A stretch of 64,000 nucleotides of DNA, from NCBI GenBank assembly GCA_964409035.1, contig CAYPBQ010000001.1, positions 111,638 through 175,637 on the forward strand, in the 5' to 3' direction. The stretch comes from an uncultured Candidatus Saccharibacteria bacterium. Lineage in GTDB: Bacteria > Patescibacteriota > Minisyncoccia > Phycocordibacterales > UBA12088. This document shows, in pieces, positions 27,298 to 37,369 of the stretch (the first letter of the stretch is position 1; the number at the start of each line of letters is the position of its first letter). The translations under genes were made by a program, and so were the position numbers. The notes below the pieces were generated by a model that made no database searches, was not told the origin of the DNA, and saw nothing but the letters and a program-made list of their open reading frames with translations.

Positions 27298-27323
27298 TAT
27301 ACAAGACTCTCTAAACTTGTATA
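27298..27323. promoter_or_regulatory. CIRCE-like inverted repeat upstream of groES-groEL (non-canonical sequence)
   Basis: TATACAAG-actctctaaa-CTTGTATA, 44 nt upstream of the first groES ATG. The canonical CIRCE TTAGCACTC-N9-GAGTGCTAA is absent. Confidence 0.3.
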
Positions 27324-27427
27324 GCTGCTTGCTATTGCGCCACGGATTATAACGGCATTTGTATTTCACTACCGTATTTGATATTGCTTGCTTGCCTCAT
27401 ACAAGAGCCTGTGGTAGCATGTGACAA

Positions 27428-27658
27428 ATGGAAGTTATCGAGGGCATTATGCCTTACCTACAAATAGCGCTCTCCATTCTCCTTATTCTGGCTATTCTCC
27501 TACAACAAAGGGGATCAAGCTTGGGTGGAGCATTCGGGGGAGATAATTTTTCAGCGACATTCCATACCAGGCGTGGCGCAGAAAAGGTATTGTTTCAAGC
27601 TTCAATAGTCCTTGCCTTTCTCTTTGCACTATCTGCATTTGCTGTATTCCTTTTCTAA
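27428..27658 (+). CDS. secG: Preprotein translocase subunit SecG
   Basis: MPYLQIALSILLILAILLQQRGSSLGGAFGG followed by a second TM helix. The start may be at MPYLQ (27449). Confidence 0.7.
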   Translation: MEVIEGIMPYLQIALSILLILAILLQQRGSSLGGAFGGDNFSATFHTRRGAEKVLFQASIVLAFLFALSAFAVFLF

Positions 27659-27720
27659 GGCTCTTCCATCGCGTTACAAATTACCACTCGGATACTATTT
27701 AGTTTCTATTATATATTTTC

Positions 27721-29451
27721 ATGACTGACGAGCATTCTACGTCTCTTGGTTCGTTTCGGTTTTCAGTAGAACGAAAACTTGCTGAGACACTTTCACAATT
27801 TTCTCCTTTCGAGCGAATACTCTTTGGGTTTCTTTCACTTACCCTTATCGTCTCTAGTTTTTTATTACTTGAAAAAGTGAGCGCTGCATTTAGTGAGGTA
27901 GTACCAGCTACAGGCGGATCATACGCAGAGGGTATCATCGGCTCTCCACGATTCATCAACCCACTTCTTGCAATCTCAGATGCAGACAGAGATATAGGAG
28001 CACTTATCTATAGTGGCCTCATGCGCCCAGGGGAAAAGGAGGGATTGGTCACCGACCTAGCAGAGTCATATACAATATCTGAAGATGGAAAGACATACTC
28101 ATTTATACTACGGGGTGATGCGGTATTTCATGACGGAAAGCCAGTCACCGTGGAAGATGTCATTTATACGGTAGAACGAGCACAAGACCCTGGACTTAAA
28201 AGTCCCATGAGAGCGTCATGGGAAGGTATTGCCGTAGAACGAGGAGCGCAGCAAAACGAAGTTATTTTTACCCTTACGCAACCATTTGCGCCATTCCTTG
28301 AAAATCTCACCATTGGTATTCTCCCTAAGCATATTTGGAAAAGCTCTGACAATGAAGAGTTTCCATTCAGTAAATTTAATACCGAACCTATTGGCTCTGG
28401 CGCGTATAAAGTGTCTTCAATTCTACGAGACCAAACGGGTGTACCCACCTCATATACACTCACCGCAGTTAACGACCACTACCTAAAGCCTAATATCAAA
28501 ACCATCACTCTCAAGTTTTACTCTGGAGAAGACGAGCTCATAACTGCGCTTAATCGAAGAGAAATTGATGCCGTAAGTGGTATACGACCAACATCGTTGT
28601 TCTCTATTACTCGCAAAGACCTTTCTATCATTACCACCCCACTCCCAAGAGTCTTTGGATTGTTTTTTAACCAAAATAAAAACAGTATCTTTGCAGACAA
28701 GGCATTGCGTGAATCTCTTGATATTGCTATTGATAAAGAGCGCCTTATTACTGACGCATTACTTGGTTATGGTACCGTCATTGATTCACCATTCCCTCCT
28801 ACGGTAGTATCTTCAACCCACACTCGTAACGAGGGTGCAATTGATGAAGCGCTCGCATTACTCGCATCACGTGGGTGGGTAAAAAATCCTGAAACAGGTG
28901 TTCTTGAGAAAGGATCGAAAGAAAAAACCCCTCTCAGTATCAGTATTGCCACCGCAAATGTGCCTGAGCTAAAGACGGCAGCTGAATCTGTTGCCGAGGA
29001 TTGGCGAGCACTCGGTATTGATGTCCAAATAAAGATATTTGAACCAAGCGACCTCACACTTAATGTAATTCGCCCACGCGATTATGAGGTACTCTTGTTT
29101 GGAGAAGTGGTAGGGAGAGGACTTGATTTGTTTGCATTCTGGCATTCTTCACAAAGAAATGATCCTGGACTCAACATTGCTGGATATGCAAGCATCACCG
29201 CAGACGCACTACTTGAAAAGGCTCGCAAAACAAGTGATGTAGGCGAACGCAACGAGCTCTTCAGCGCATTCAGAGAAGAAGTAGCAAAAGAAAAGCCAGC
29301 AATATTCCTTTACTCTCCGAATTTTTTGTATGTTCTTAAAGATGACATTTCTGGTATCACCATTTCAAATATCGAAACAGGCTCTGACCGATTTGATTTT
29401 GCGCATGAGTGGTTTATAGAAACTGAGAGAGTGTGGAGTTTCCTCCTATAA
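27721..29451 (+). CDS. ABC transporter substrate-binding protein, family 5 (peptide/nickel type), orphan
   Basis: 576 aa. An N-terminal TM anchor is followed by the SBP_bac_5 pattern (GSYAEGIIGSPRFINPLLAISDADRDIGALIYSGLMR..., LKFYSGEDE...). No permease or ATPase gene is adjacent. Confidence 0.75.
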   Translation: MTDEHSTSLGSFRFSVERKLAETLSQFSPFERILFGFLSLTLIVSSFLLLEKVSAAFSEVVPATGGSYAEGIIGSPRFINPLLAISDADRDIGALIYSGLMRPGEKEGLVTDLAESYTISEDGKTYSFILRGDAVFHDGKPVTVEDVIYTVERAQDPGLKSPMRASWEGIAVERGAQQNEVIFTLTQPFAPFLENLTIGILPKHIWKSSDNEEFPFSKFNTEPIGSGAYKVSSILRDQTGVPTSYTLTAVNDHYLKPNIKTITLKFYSGEDELITALNRREIDAVSGIRPTSLFSITRKDLSIITTPLPRVFGLFFNQNKNSIFADKALRESLDIAIDKERLITDALLGYGTVIDSPFPPTVVSSTHTRNEGAIDEALALLASRGWVKNPETGVLEKGSKEKTPLSISIATANVPELKTAAESVAEDWRALGIDVQIKIFEPSDLTLNVIRPRDYEVLLFGEVVGRGLDLFAFWHSSQRNDPGLNIAGYASITADALLEKARKTSDVGERNELFSAFREEVAKEKPAIFLYSPNFLYVLKDDISGITISNIETGSDRFDFAHEWFIETERVWSFLL

Positions 29452-29490
29452 AATTAATTATTACTTTGAAATACTGACGCAGCACACTAT

Positions 29491-31593
29491 ATGAACGAAC
29501 AATATTCACCAAGAAACAACTCGCATGGACCTAGAAATGCAAAAGGCAGGTCTCGCCAAAACATTCGCACCATGCACACACCAGAGGCAACAACACCACC
29601 TCTTGAACAAGCCGCAACACAGCAAAAGGCTACTTCTGTGCGCCCACCATCTCGTTATCAGTATAGCCAACGTAGTACTACCCCACACAGGCGAAGCCCC
29701 TCATCACCACGTAGATCAACCTATCAAGGTAGCGGTACAAGCTATCCTAGACGAACACCGCTTGCTGCACCAAGCAACAGAGGAGAAAGCACACAAAGAG
29801 AAGGTCGAGCAAGTACCACCGCAAGAAGCGCTCGAAAATCTTTGCGAGAGCGACGACCACGTACCTCTGCTCCAAAAGCAGAAGTTGTACCACTTCTCCC
29901 TATTCCTAAAATTGCACCGGGAGTTATCCGTATAATCCCACTCGGTGGCGTTGAAGAAATTGGCCGCAACATGACTGCGGTAGAGATTGGTGACGATATT
30001 TTTGTTATTGACTGCGGATTTCAATTCAAAGAGGAAGAGACACCAGGCATTGATTATATTCTTCCTAATACAAAATACCTTGAGGATAATGTAGAGAGGG
30101 TGCGCGCCATGCTGATTACGCACGGACACCTCGACCACATTGGCGGTATTCCGTATATTCTTGATAGAATTGGCAACCCCCCACTCTACACACGAAACCT
30201 CACCGCTATAATGATAAAAAAGCGGCAAGCTGAGTTTCCTCACCTTCCACAAATCGACATGCGAGTAGTAGAAAAGAACGAAAGTATTCGCATAGGCAAC
30301 GTGTCATTTAGATTCTTTGGTGTTACTCACACAATACCGGATTCAATGGGTATCATTATAGACACCCCATATGGTCCAATAGTCGCACCGGGCGATTACA
30401 AGCTGCAACATGTAGCGGGAGTACCATCACTTGAAGAAGAAAATGAATATAAGTTTTTCGATAATGAAAAGCCTCTGTTTCTCATGCTCGACTCCACTAA
30501 CGTTGACCAGCCAGGATGGTCTACGCCAGAGCATCTTGTTCATGAAGGATTGGAGCACATCATTCAAGAATCAAGTGGACGACTTATAATCGGCACCTTC
30601 TCGTCACAAATAACTCGTATCATCAAAACTATCCAAATCGCTGAGAAGTACAAGAAAAAGATTGTGGTAGAAGGTAGGAGTATGAAGACCAACATTGAGA
30701 TTGCTCAGCTTGCAAAAATGTTTGAGCCTCAAAAAGGTACATTTATTACCGCGCAAGAAATGGATAGATATCCTAAGAATAAAATTATTATTCTTTCAAC
30801 AGGCGCGCAGGGTGAAGAGTTTGCCGCGCTAATGCGCATGGCAAATAAGAGCCACAAGTCTGCCCGCATCGAGCCAGGTGATACCGTTGTCCTTTCTGCA
30901 TCAATCATTCCTGGAAACGAGAAGGCAGTTGAAAAACTTAAAGATAACCTTGCAAAAGCAGGTGCACGTATCGTCAGCTACCGAACCAGCGAGCAGTATA
31001 TCCACTCAACAGGTCACGGAAACCGTGAAGAGCTTGCCTGGCTGCATCGAAAGGTAAAGCCTCGATTCTTTATGCCGCTACACGGCAATTACTATCGTCT
31101 CAAGATTCATGCTGAGCTTGCTGAAGAAAATGGCATCGCAAAAGAAAACATCATTATTCCTGAAAACGGTTCTATACTAGAAATACGTGACGAGGGCACA
31201 AAGATGGTAAAGCTCAAGGAAAAAGCTCCTTCTAATATCCGTATGGTAGATGGCTTTGCGGTAGGCGATATGCAAGAGGTGGTGATCCGTGACAGGCAAA
31301 TGCTTGCTGAAGATGGTATGTTCGTAGTTATTGCTATGGTTAATCTAAAAACAGGCAAACTACGCAAATCTCCTGATATTATCTCTCGAGGATTTATCTA
31401 CCTACGAGAGTCACAAGACCTACTTGGACAAACAAGACTCATCGCTAAAAAGGCAGTAGAGGATACGACCGCAACAATGAATCCAATAAACTTTGACTAC
31501 GCAAGAAAGAATCTCACTGACGCAGTAGAACTGTTTCTATTTCAAAAGACTGCAAAACGACCTATTGTGATACCAGTCATCCTTGGCGTGTAA
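29491..31593 (+). CDS. rnj: Ribonuclease J with about 145-aa Arg/Ser/Thr/Pro-rich N-terminal disordered extension
   Basis: The core from IRIIPLGGVEEIGRNMTAVEIGDDIFVIDCG has the metallo-beta-lactamase HGHLDHIGG motif plus beta-CASP and C-terminal domains. The N-terminal 145 aa are low-complexity and basic (...RRSPSSPRRSTYQGSGTSYPRRTP...). Confidence 0.88.
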   Translation: MNEQYSPRNNSHGPRNAKGRSRQNIRTMHTPEATTPPLEQAATQQKATSVRPPSRYQYSQRSTTPHRRSPSSPRRSTYQGSGTSYPRRTPLAAPSNRGESTQREGRASTTARSARKSLRERRPRTSAPKAEVVPLLPIPKIAPGVIRIIPLGGVEEIGRNMTAVEIGDDIFVIDCGFQFKEEETPGIDYILPNTKYLEDNVERVRAMLITHGHLDHIGGIPYILDRIGNPPLYTRNLTAIMIKKRQAEFPHLPQIDMRVVEKNESIRIGNVSFRFFGVTHTIPDSMGIIIDTPYGPIVAPGDYKLQHVAGVPSLEEENEYKFFDNEKPLFLMLDSTNVDQPGWSTPEHLVHEGLEHIIQESSGRLIIGTFSSQITRIIKTIQIAEKYKKKIVVEGRSMKTNIEIAQLAKMFEPQKGTFITAQEMDRYPKNKIIILSTGAQGEEFAALMRMANKSHKSARIEPGDTVVLSASIIPGNEKAVEKLKDNLAKAGARIVSYRTSEQYIHSTGHGNREELAWLHRKVKPRFFMPLHGNYYRLKIHAELAEENGIAKENIIIPENGSILEIRDEGTKMVKLKEKAPSNIRMVDGFAVGDMQEVVIRDRQMLAEDGMFVVIAMVNLKTGKLRKSPDIISRGFIYLRESQDLLGQTRLIAKKAVEDTTATMNPINFDYARKNLTDAVELFLFQKTAKRPIVIPVILGV

Positions 31594-31621
31594 GTATCAC
31601 CCCGCGCTATACTAGTAGTAT

Positions 31622-32782
31622 ATGCAATCGCAACGTTCATTTGTGCGAAACATATACGCGCTTGATTTTTTGCTGTTCTTCCACCTATTTTTGGTGTTGT
31701 ATGTAAATTCAAGCATATTGTCCAATTACTTCTCCGCACAGGCGGTAAGTAGCGTATTTTTCGTTGGGTCATTTTTTGCACTCCTCGCCATCACTTTTTT
31801 ACCCAGGCTACTTCGCATACACGGTCTTATCAAGGTCATGCTCACTTTGTCGGTCATTGAGACCGCACTTTTTGTCGGACTAGGAACAACCTCCTCAGGT
31901 GTCCTACTAGTGATCTTTTTCATCGCTACACAAATGACATACATAACCCTTACCTACGGGCTTGATATATTACTCGAAAGAGCAATAAGCAAAGAGGGTT
32001 CGACTGGGCACGTGAGAGGGATATTTCTTACTATTGTTAATACCGCACTAATTCTCTGTCCGTTATTAGTGGGGTATCTCGTAGAAAGACATGACTACTC
32101 ATTTGTATACATACTCTCAAGTCTTATTATGATCCCTGTCGCATTAATCATGGGCTTTGGCTTCAGAGGATTCAGCGACCCAAAATACCACTCATACTCT
32201 ATTGTAGATACCTACAAAAAAGTTTTCCAAGTGGACGCACTCAGAAAGGTGTACTTTGCACATTTTGTACTCCGCATCTTCTATGGATTTATGGTTATTT
32301 ATTCCCCACTCTTCCTACGTTTTGAGCTAGGCTTTTCTTGGAGTGAAATTGGAATACTACTTAGCCTTGCAATATTACCATTTGTATTGTTTGAGTATTC
32401 CATAGGCAAAATTGCTGACTCATATATTGGAGAGAAAGAAATGATGGTGCTGGGCTATATAATTATGATTGTTGCGGTAAGTGTATTTTTCTTCGCTACA
32501 ACTAAGAGTCTGGTCTTTTGGGGTATACTCTTCTTTATTTCAAGAACTGGCGCAAGTCTAGTTGAAGTTACCACTGAGAGTTATTTCTTTAAACACGTCG
32601 ATGCGTATGATGCGTCACTAATTAGTGTCTTTAGAGCACTCCATCCTCTCTCTGGTATGATAGCGCCGCTTATCGCGGGTATGGTGCTCCTAGTTGCTGG
32701 ATTGCAGTACGTATTTCTTGCACTTGTCGTAATACTAGTGTTCGGACTTGCATTATCACTTACACTCACAGACACACGCTAA
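31622..32782 (+). CDS. MFS transporter
   Basis: 386 aa, 12 predicted TM helices in a 6+6 arrangement with a central loop. Confidence 0.6.
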   Translation: MQSQRSFVRNIYALDFLLFFHLFLVLYVNSSILSNYFSAQAVSSVFFVGSFFALLAITFLPRLLRIHGLIKVMLTLSVIETALFVGLGTTSSGVLLVIFFIATQMTYITLTYGLDILLERAISKEGSTGHVRGIFLTIVNTALILCPLLVGYLVERHDYSFVYILSSLIMIPVALIMGFGFRGFSDPKYHSYSIVDTYKKVFQVDALRKVYFAHFVLRIFYGFMVIYSPLFLRFELGFSWSEIGILLSLAILPFVLFEYSIGKIADSYIGEKEMMVLGYIIMIVAVSVFFFATTKSLVFWGILFFISRTGASLVEVTTESYFFKHVDAYDASLISVFRALHPLSGMIAPLIAGMVLLVAGLQYVFLALVVILVFGLALSLTLTDTR

Positions 32783-33648
32783 TTATCGTTAGGTACCATA
32801 TATCGAACGCCTCTTTTGGTTACCAATCCATCACGAACAAGAGAATGTAGGGCTTGCTCCACCTTACTCTTTTCTTTTTTTACTTTTTTCGAAAGCTCAG
32901 CAAGTGTGTAACTGCCTATGGTGAGCTCCCTTACTATGGCCCCTCTTATTTGCCGAGTTGATCCATTGAATGCAGATTGTCCTCTATAATTATGAGCACG
33001 GGCTACATGATTATTGCCACTTTTTTTAAGGTGCGCGCCATAATCCATGAGCGCATATCCCCACTCTCTTACATCTATACCCGCGTCTTTAGCAAACTTC
33101 CACAACATATTCGCGGTAGCAAGTAATTCTTTTTCAGTAACCTTCTCCTTTTCTTTGTAAAAAAAGTGTATTAGTACTGTACGGATATTTGTCTCTAAAA
33201 AGACACTCTCTGTGTTGTAGGCAAACGCTAGGATAGCCCCCGCAGTGTAAACCCCTACACCAGGAAGTGCGACAAGCGCCTCAAGAGTGGTTGGCACTTT
33301 TCCGTTGTGATTAGTCACAATGTTGCGCGCACTCTCTAGCAGATACTTTGCCCTACGGTTATAGCCGAGTCCCTTCCATAAGATAAGTACCTCACTAAGT
33401 GACGCACGGGATAACGACTCCACCGTAGGAAACCGTTTACACCACAAGCGGTAATAAGAAACCACCCGCTCTGCTTGTGTTTGTTGCAACATCACCTCTG
33501 ATACCAAAATCCTGTATGCGATAGTGCTACGACGATTATTATTAACCACGCCAGAGATTCTCCAAGGGAAATCCCGGCGATTGTTGGCATAATAACGACT
33601 AATTGTCTGTACTACTCGTTTGTACTCACTAGCTGCGTTTCTCTTCAT
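32779..33648 (-). CDS. HhH-GPD superfamily DNA glycosylase (MutY/Nth-like, no Fe-S cysteine cluster) with C-terminal winged-helix-like domain
   Basis: HhH-GPD motif LPGVGVYTAGAILAFAY and helix bundle YRILVSEVMLQQTQAERV. The C-terminal ~60 aa are Lys-rich (ELSKKVKKEKSKVEQALHSLVRDGLV). No CX6CX2CX5C cluster. Confidence 0.65.
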   Translation of the reverse strand: MKRNAASEYKRVVQTISRYYANNRRDFPWRISGVVNNNRRSTIAYRILVSEVMLQQTQAERVVSYYRLWCKRFPTVESLSRASLSEVLILWKGLGYNRRAKYLLESARNIVTNHNGKVPTTLEALVALPGVGVYTAGAILAFAYNTESVFLETNIRTVLIHFFYKEKEKVTEKELLATANMLWKFAKDAGIDVREWGYALMDYGAHLKKSGNNHVARAHNYRGQSAFNGSTRQIRGAIVRELTIGSYTLAELSKKVKKEKSKVEQALHSLVRDGLVTKRGVRYMVPNDN

Positions 33649-33868
33649 GCAAAATAGTCACATGGTGATCTCCCTCAAGCGGTATAACAAACATAGAGAT
33701 AACATACACCAGTAGGCAAGGTACTATTGCCGTTACGATAAGTACGATTATAAAAATAATCCTAAGCAAAACTGGATCGATTGAAAAGTATTCACCTACC
33801 CCGCCAAATACCCCCGCAACAATGCGATTTTCTCTGCTTCTATATAAATGCTTATAAGGTGAATGCAT
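33629..33868 (-). CDS. PspC domain-containing membrane protein
   Basis: RIVAGVFGGVGEYFSIDPVLLRIIFIIVLIVT is the PspC signature. The start is taken as MHSPYK (33868), because the longer ORF (to 33946) runs through a terminator-like hairpin at 33898-33930. Confidence 0.65.
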   Translation of the reverse strand: MHSPYKHLYRSRENRIVAGVFGGVGEYFSIDPVLLRIIFIIVLIVTAIVPCLLVYVISMFVIPLEGDHHVTILHEEKRS

Positions 33869-34086
33869 AAGTAACCATGATTGTATCACAAAACAACAAA
33901 AGCGCTTCTGGTGAACCTGAGCGCTTTTGTTGGTAGACAAAAACAAAAAAACGGCAACGCCGAATTGTTTTTTTATCTACATATGTAATCCCTCTCCACA
34001 AGGGATGTAGCTTTATCGCTACAGAAAAAAGATCATACCCTTATATAGTATACCAATGAGCCACATACATTGATAGTGGATAAATC

Positions 34087-34773
34087 CTACAAGTGGTAAA
34101 TCACATCCTTTCGCTCAACTACCACCTTCCATCCATTTCTTCGGGCATGACGGTATAGCTCTTTATTTGGGTTAACACATATAGGGGTCTCTACCAATTC
34201 AAGAAATGATATGTCCGATTCTGTATCACCTATTCCAAATGAGCCCTCAAGGGTTAAATTATCTTTTTCTATTGCACGCTTCACAATATTTGCCTTGTTG
34301 GCGATAAGGTGTAGGTCCTGCACCTCACCGGTAAAACGATTCTCAGGGCCAATGGGGTATATGCGTCCATAAACCTTATCAAAACCCAAATTCTTGCAAA
34401 AACCTTCTAGGATAGTTTTTGGTGATTGAGATACTGCAAGCAGAAAGTATCTCTGCGCCTTGAGAGATTGAATTAAATCTCTCGTATACTTGTACACACG
34501 ATTATGGTGATACGCGACCACCTCATCTGCTACCGATGCAAAGTCAGCGTAATGCACACCCTTAAGGTGAGTCATAAATGAGGCGACAATAGTATTGAGG
34601 TACGCATCATATTCACCCGTACGCTCTAGCCACGCAGTTTTCTCCTTTTCATAATCTTTCACCATTTCTTTAGGAAAGACTCCCTCCCTTATAAGCGCGT
34701 CTACAAGCTCAGTAAACAGTGAGGATCTGAAGACTGTCCCATCAATATCAAAAATTGCCACAGATCGCTTCAT
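34087..34773 (-). CDS. HAD superfamily hydrolase (subfamily IB-like)
   Basis: Motif I AIFDIDGTV, a cap domain, and C-terminal GDTESD. Confidence 0.75.
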   Translation of the reverse strand: MKRSVAIFDIDGTVFRSSLFTELVDALIREGVFPKEMVKDYEKEKTAWLERTGEYDAYLNTIVASFMTHLKGVHYADFASVADEVVAYHHNRVYKYTRDLIQSLKAQRYFLLAVSQSPKTILEGFCKNLGFDKVYGRIYPIGPENRFTGEVQDLHLIANKANIVKRAIEKDNLTLEGSFGIGDTESDISFLELVETPICVNPNKELYRHARRNGWKVVVERKDVIYHL

Positions 34774-34805
34774 GGAGTGAAGTATACATCAAAAAGTAGC
34801 ATATT

Positions 34806-35501
34806 TCAGCGCTTGAGATTTTTAGGTTTTAGGCAATCTCGCAGCCTAAATCTATTACCAGCACTAGGGTAAATAGCAACAAGAGGATCGCGCGCCACGT
34901 CATACACCCTTGCAGGAGCCACTTCTCTCCCATACCTAATGACGAGATAGGTAAAAGTGAACCATTCCTTTGGGGGTAGAATTTTCATCAAATCCTTCTC
35001 AATACAAGTGGGGTCATGAGGTGAGTCAGTAAGATCAAAACGCGCAGCAAAGCGTTGCACATGGGTATCCACGGCAATACCCTCACTTCTTCCATGCAGA
35101 TTACTCAATACCACATTAGCAGTTTTTCTTCCTACACCTGGGATGGTAAGCATCTGAGATATGCTGGTCGGAAGCACACCGTTAAAATCCGCAAGAACAG
35201 TGCTAGCTGCGCGAGTGATGTGTCTAGTTTTAGACTTATAGAATCCTGTTTGAAATATATCTTGCTCAAAGGTAGCAATGTCTGCTGTTGCGTATGCGGA
35301 TATGCTTGGATATTTAGCAAACAAATGTTGCGTTACCTCATTAACTTTTTTGTCTGTACATCGCGCTGAAAGTATAACCGCAACAAGCAACTCCCACTCT
35401 GTGGAGTAATTAAGCATGGTACCCTTCGGCTCAGGAAACATCCTTTTAAGTGCGGCAAGAAGTTTTCTTGCTCGGAGTGCTCTATTTGTCTTTTTCTCCA
35501 T
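34806..35501 (-). CDS. nth: Endonuclease III-like DNA glycosylase (HhH-GPD), lacking Fe-S cluster
   Basis: HhH LTIPGVGRKTANVVLS, catalytic region GIAVDTHVQRFA. No four-Cys cluster. Confidence 0.75.
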   Translation of the reverse strand: MEKKTNRALRARKLLAALKRMFPEPKGTMLNYSTEWELLVAVILSARCTDKKVNEVTQHLFAKYPSISAYATADIATFEQDIFQTGFYKSKTRHITRAASTVLADFNGVLPTSISQMLTIPGVGRKTANVVLSNLHGRSEGIAVDTHVQRFAARFDLTDSPHDPTCIEKDLMKILPPKEWFTFTYLVIRYGREVAPARVYDVARDPLVAIYPSAGNRFRLRDCLKPKNLKR

Positions 35502-35510
35502 GCACTCCTA

Positions 35511-36647
35511 CTACCTATTCATCCACACTTGTCGATATGCCATTTGAGCCAAGACTCCACAAGCTGCCATAAAGAAGAATGTGCCAATTATCCAACCCGC
35601 AATTGGCATGACACTCACTACCGACAAGGCAACGACACCAATAAATACCCACGATAGGTTAATCTGTTGTTTTTTTGTAAAGACTTTTGCAAGCATTGCT
35701 CCACACAAAATACCAGAATATACCATACTAAGTAGTATGAGTACGCCATAAAGAGCAAGCACAATACATGCAACTATCCATCCAAAGAATGTGACAAATG
35801 CAAGAAGAATCGCTAGTGGCGTAAGTACCATTACACCAAATCCAATAAGTACGCTTTTGAAGAATGAGTGGGCACCCGCATCTACCACATCTTTACTAAA
35901 GTCCTTAAAGAAGTATACAGCAAGTAGTGCCGTGACAAGCATAGCAAGCACCTTTGATACAAAAAACAATCCCGCAAGCGCAAGCATGCCTTTTGTAACT
36001 CCCATGCGTACATCATCTCGTACTGACTGTGTCTCAATCATTTCACCAACCACCACCGATCCCTCCTTGATGGTTATTTCAGCGTGATATGGATACGAGA
36101 GTGAGCCATTTATAACTGCCCCCTCTTCAATAACAATATAATCTGCTGATATCTTTACATCACCATTTGCAGTACCGCTAAATACAACCCTCTCGCCACT
36201 CAAACGGAGAGTCTTTTGTGCTGTACCTGCAAACGACACTTCTCCGCCAGCAAGTACGGTATCCCCTTTAGTGATTGCATCTGAAAGTACTCGTACAGAA
36301 CCTCCTACTGCAAGCAAGTCGCCACCAATGTCAGTGTTTACCGTTATCTCACCACCAGTGATACGCGCATCCTCCATAACTGATCCAAGGATATCAACAG
36401 TACCTCCCGCAATTGAAGCATCATTTGACACCATGCCGGAGAGTAATACACGCCCACCTATTGCATACACATCCCCCAGCACATCACCTGAGAGTATTGC
36501 ATCCCCAGCAGCAACATAGAGATTTTCTGGTGTTACTGAATCCTTAGGGAGTGAATATTGCTCTCCCGCCTTAAACAAGGCAGCGTGAGCTACCCCCGTA
36601 GAAAAAAGAATCGCGAGTAAACAAAAAGAAAAGAGGTGCTTATGCAT
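35511..36647 (-). CDS. Bactofilin-like beta-helical repeat protein with signal peptide and C-terminal polytopic membrane domain
   Basis: Signal peptide MHKHLFSFCLLAILFSTGVAHA. About 200 aa of G/V/I-rich short repeats typical of bactofilin/DUF583 (GDVYAIGGRVLLSGMV...GGEITVNTDIGGDLLAVGGSVRV...). The C-terminus has 5 TM helices. Confidence 0.45.
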   Translation of the reverse strand: MHKHLFSFCLLAILFSTGVAHAALFKAGEQYSLPKDSVTPENLYVAAGDAILSGDVLGDVYAIGGRVLLSGMVSNDASIAGGTVDILGSVMEDARITGGEITVNTDIGGDLLAVGGSVRVLSDAITKGDTVLAGGEVSFAGTAQKTLRLSGERVVFSGTANGDVKISADYIVIEEGAVINGSLSYPYHAEITIKEGSVVVGEMIETQSVRDDVRMGVTKGMLALAGLFFVSKVLAMLVTALLAVYFFKDFSKDVVDAGAHSFFKSVLIGFGVMVLTPLAILLAFVTFFGWIVACIVLALYGVLILLSMVYSGILCGAMLAKVFTKKQQINLSWVFIGVVALSVVSVMPIAGWIIGTFFFMAACGVLAQMAYRQVWMNR

Positions 36648-36729
36648 ATAATATATAAATAGTAATACCTACTGTAACTATAGTGTGCCAAAGATACGCC
36701 CAAAGAGCAATCGAGATACCGCCCCTCAC

Positions 36730-37368
36730 CTACTCGGTAACTTCAAACCAGCCAAACGGCATCTTGCATGGCGAGGAGAATGTTTGTCGCTCACCAGTAA
36801 CTGATTGTTCGCCGATAATTTCTCGTGGAGTACACATTGAGACAATGTCGCCCTCAACCTCTTTAGCAATGAGATACAATGCCCCCTCATCAAGCACATA
36901 GTAATCAGTAGCGATTTGTCTCCCAACTCGACGCACCGCTGAGTAATTATCTATAGGATTAACTATCAATAAATTACTATCTTTTCTGTATGCTACACCC
37001 TCTTCAGAAAGAAGATTGTATACCACAATAGCCCCATCGAGTGCGTCTACAATAGCCAGACCCTCGCAACTAGTACCACATCCCCATGTTGCAATTATGT
37101 AATGACCTGCAAAATTAACACCCGTATTCACTGCATTAGTTATAGCCGTACGAAAAGTAGCTGCATCTTTATTAGATTCAAAATCCACTGGCGCCACCAC
37201 CCCATCGTAGAGGTTATCGGCAGGATACTGCGAGAAAGATATACTACGAGGTGTTGGAGTGGTGTGTATATCATTCTCTGCTTGCTGGTACACATACGTA
37301 ATGAGAGTAAGAAGACACGCCAACACCACACACACAATCACATTTTTGAGTGTGAAAAATGTTCTCAT
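36730..37368 (-). CDS. Hypothetical membrane-anchored protein
   Basis: The start is probably MRTFFTLKNVIVCVVLACLL (TM anchor). The Cys-containing extracytoplasmic domain is GHYIIATWGCGTSCEGLAIVDALDG. Confidence 0.4.
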   Translation of the reverse strand: MRTFFTLKNVIVCVVLACLLTLITYVYQQAENDIHTTPTPRSISFSQYPADNLYDGVVAPVDFESNKDAATFRTAITNAVNTGVNFAGHYIIATWGCGTSCEGLAIVDALDGAIVVYNLLSEEGVAYRKDSNLLIVNPIDNYSAVRRVGRQIATDYYVLDEGALYLIAKEVEGDIVSMCTPREIIGEQSVTGERQTFSSPCKMPFGWFEVTE

Positions 37369-37369
37369 A

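Noticed and set aside
27255-27427. Canonical CIRCE (TTAGCACTC-N9-GAGTGCTAA) upstream of groES
   Set aside because: It is not present. Only a different 8-bp inverted repeat with similar geometry was found, reported as a low-confidence operator.
33898-33930. Hairpin aaaagcgct-tctggtgaacctg-agcgctttt as part of the PspC coding sequence
   Set aside because: It more likely marks a terminator or UTR. The PspC start was therefore moved to the internal Met at 33868.
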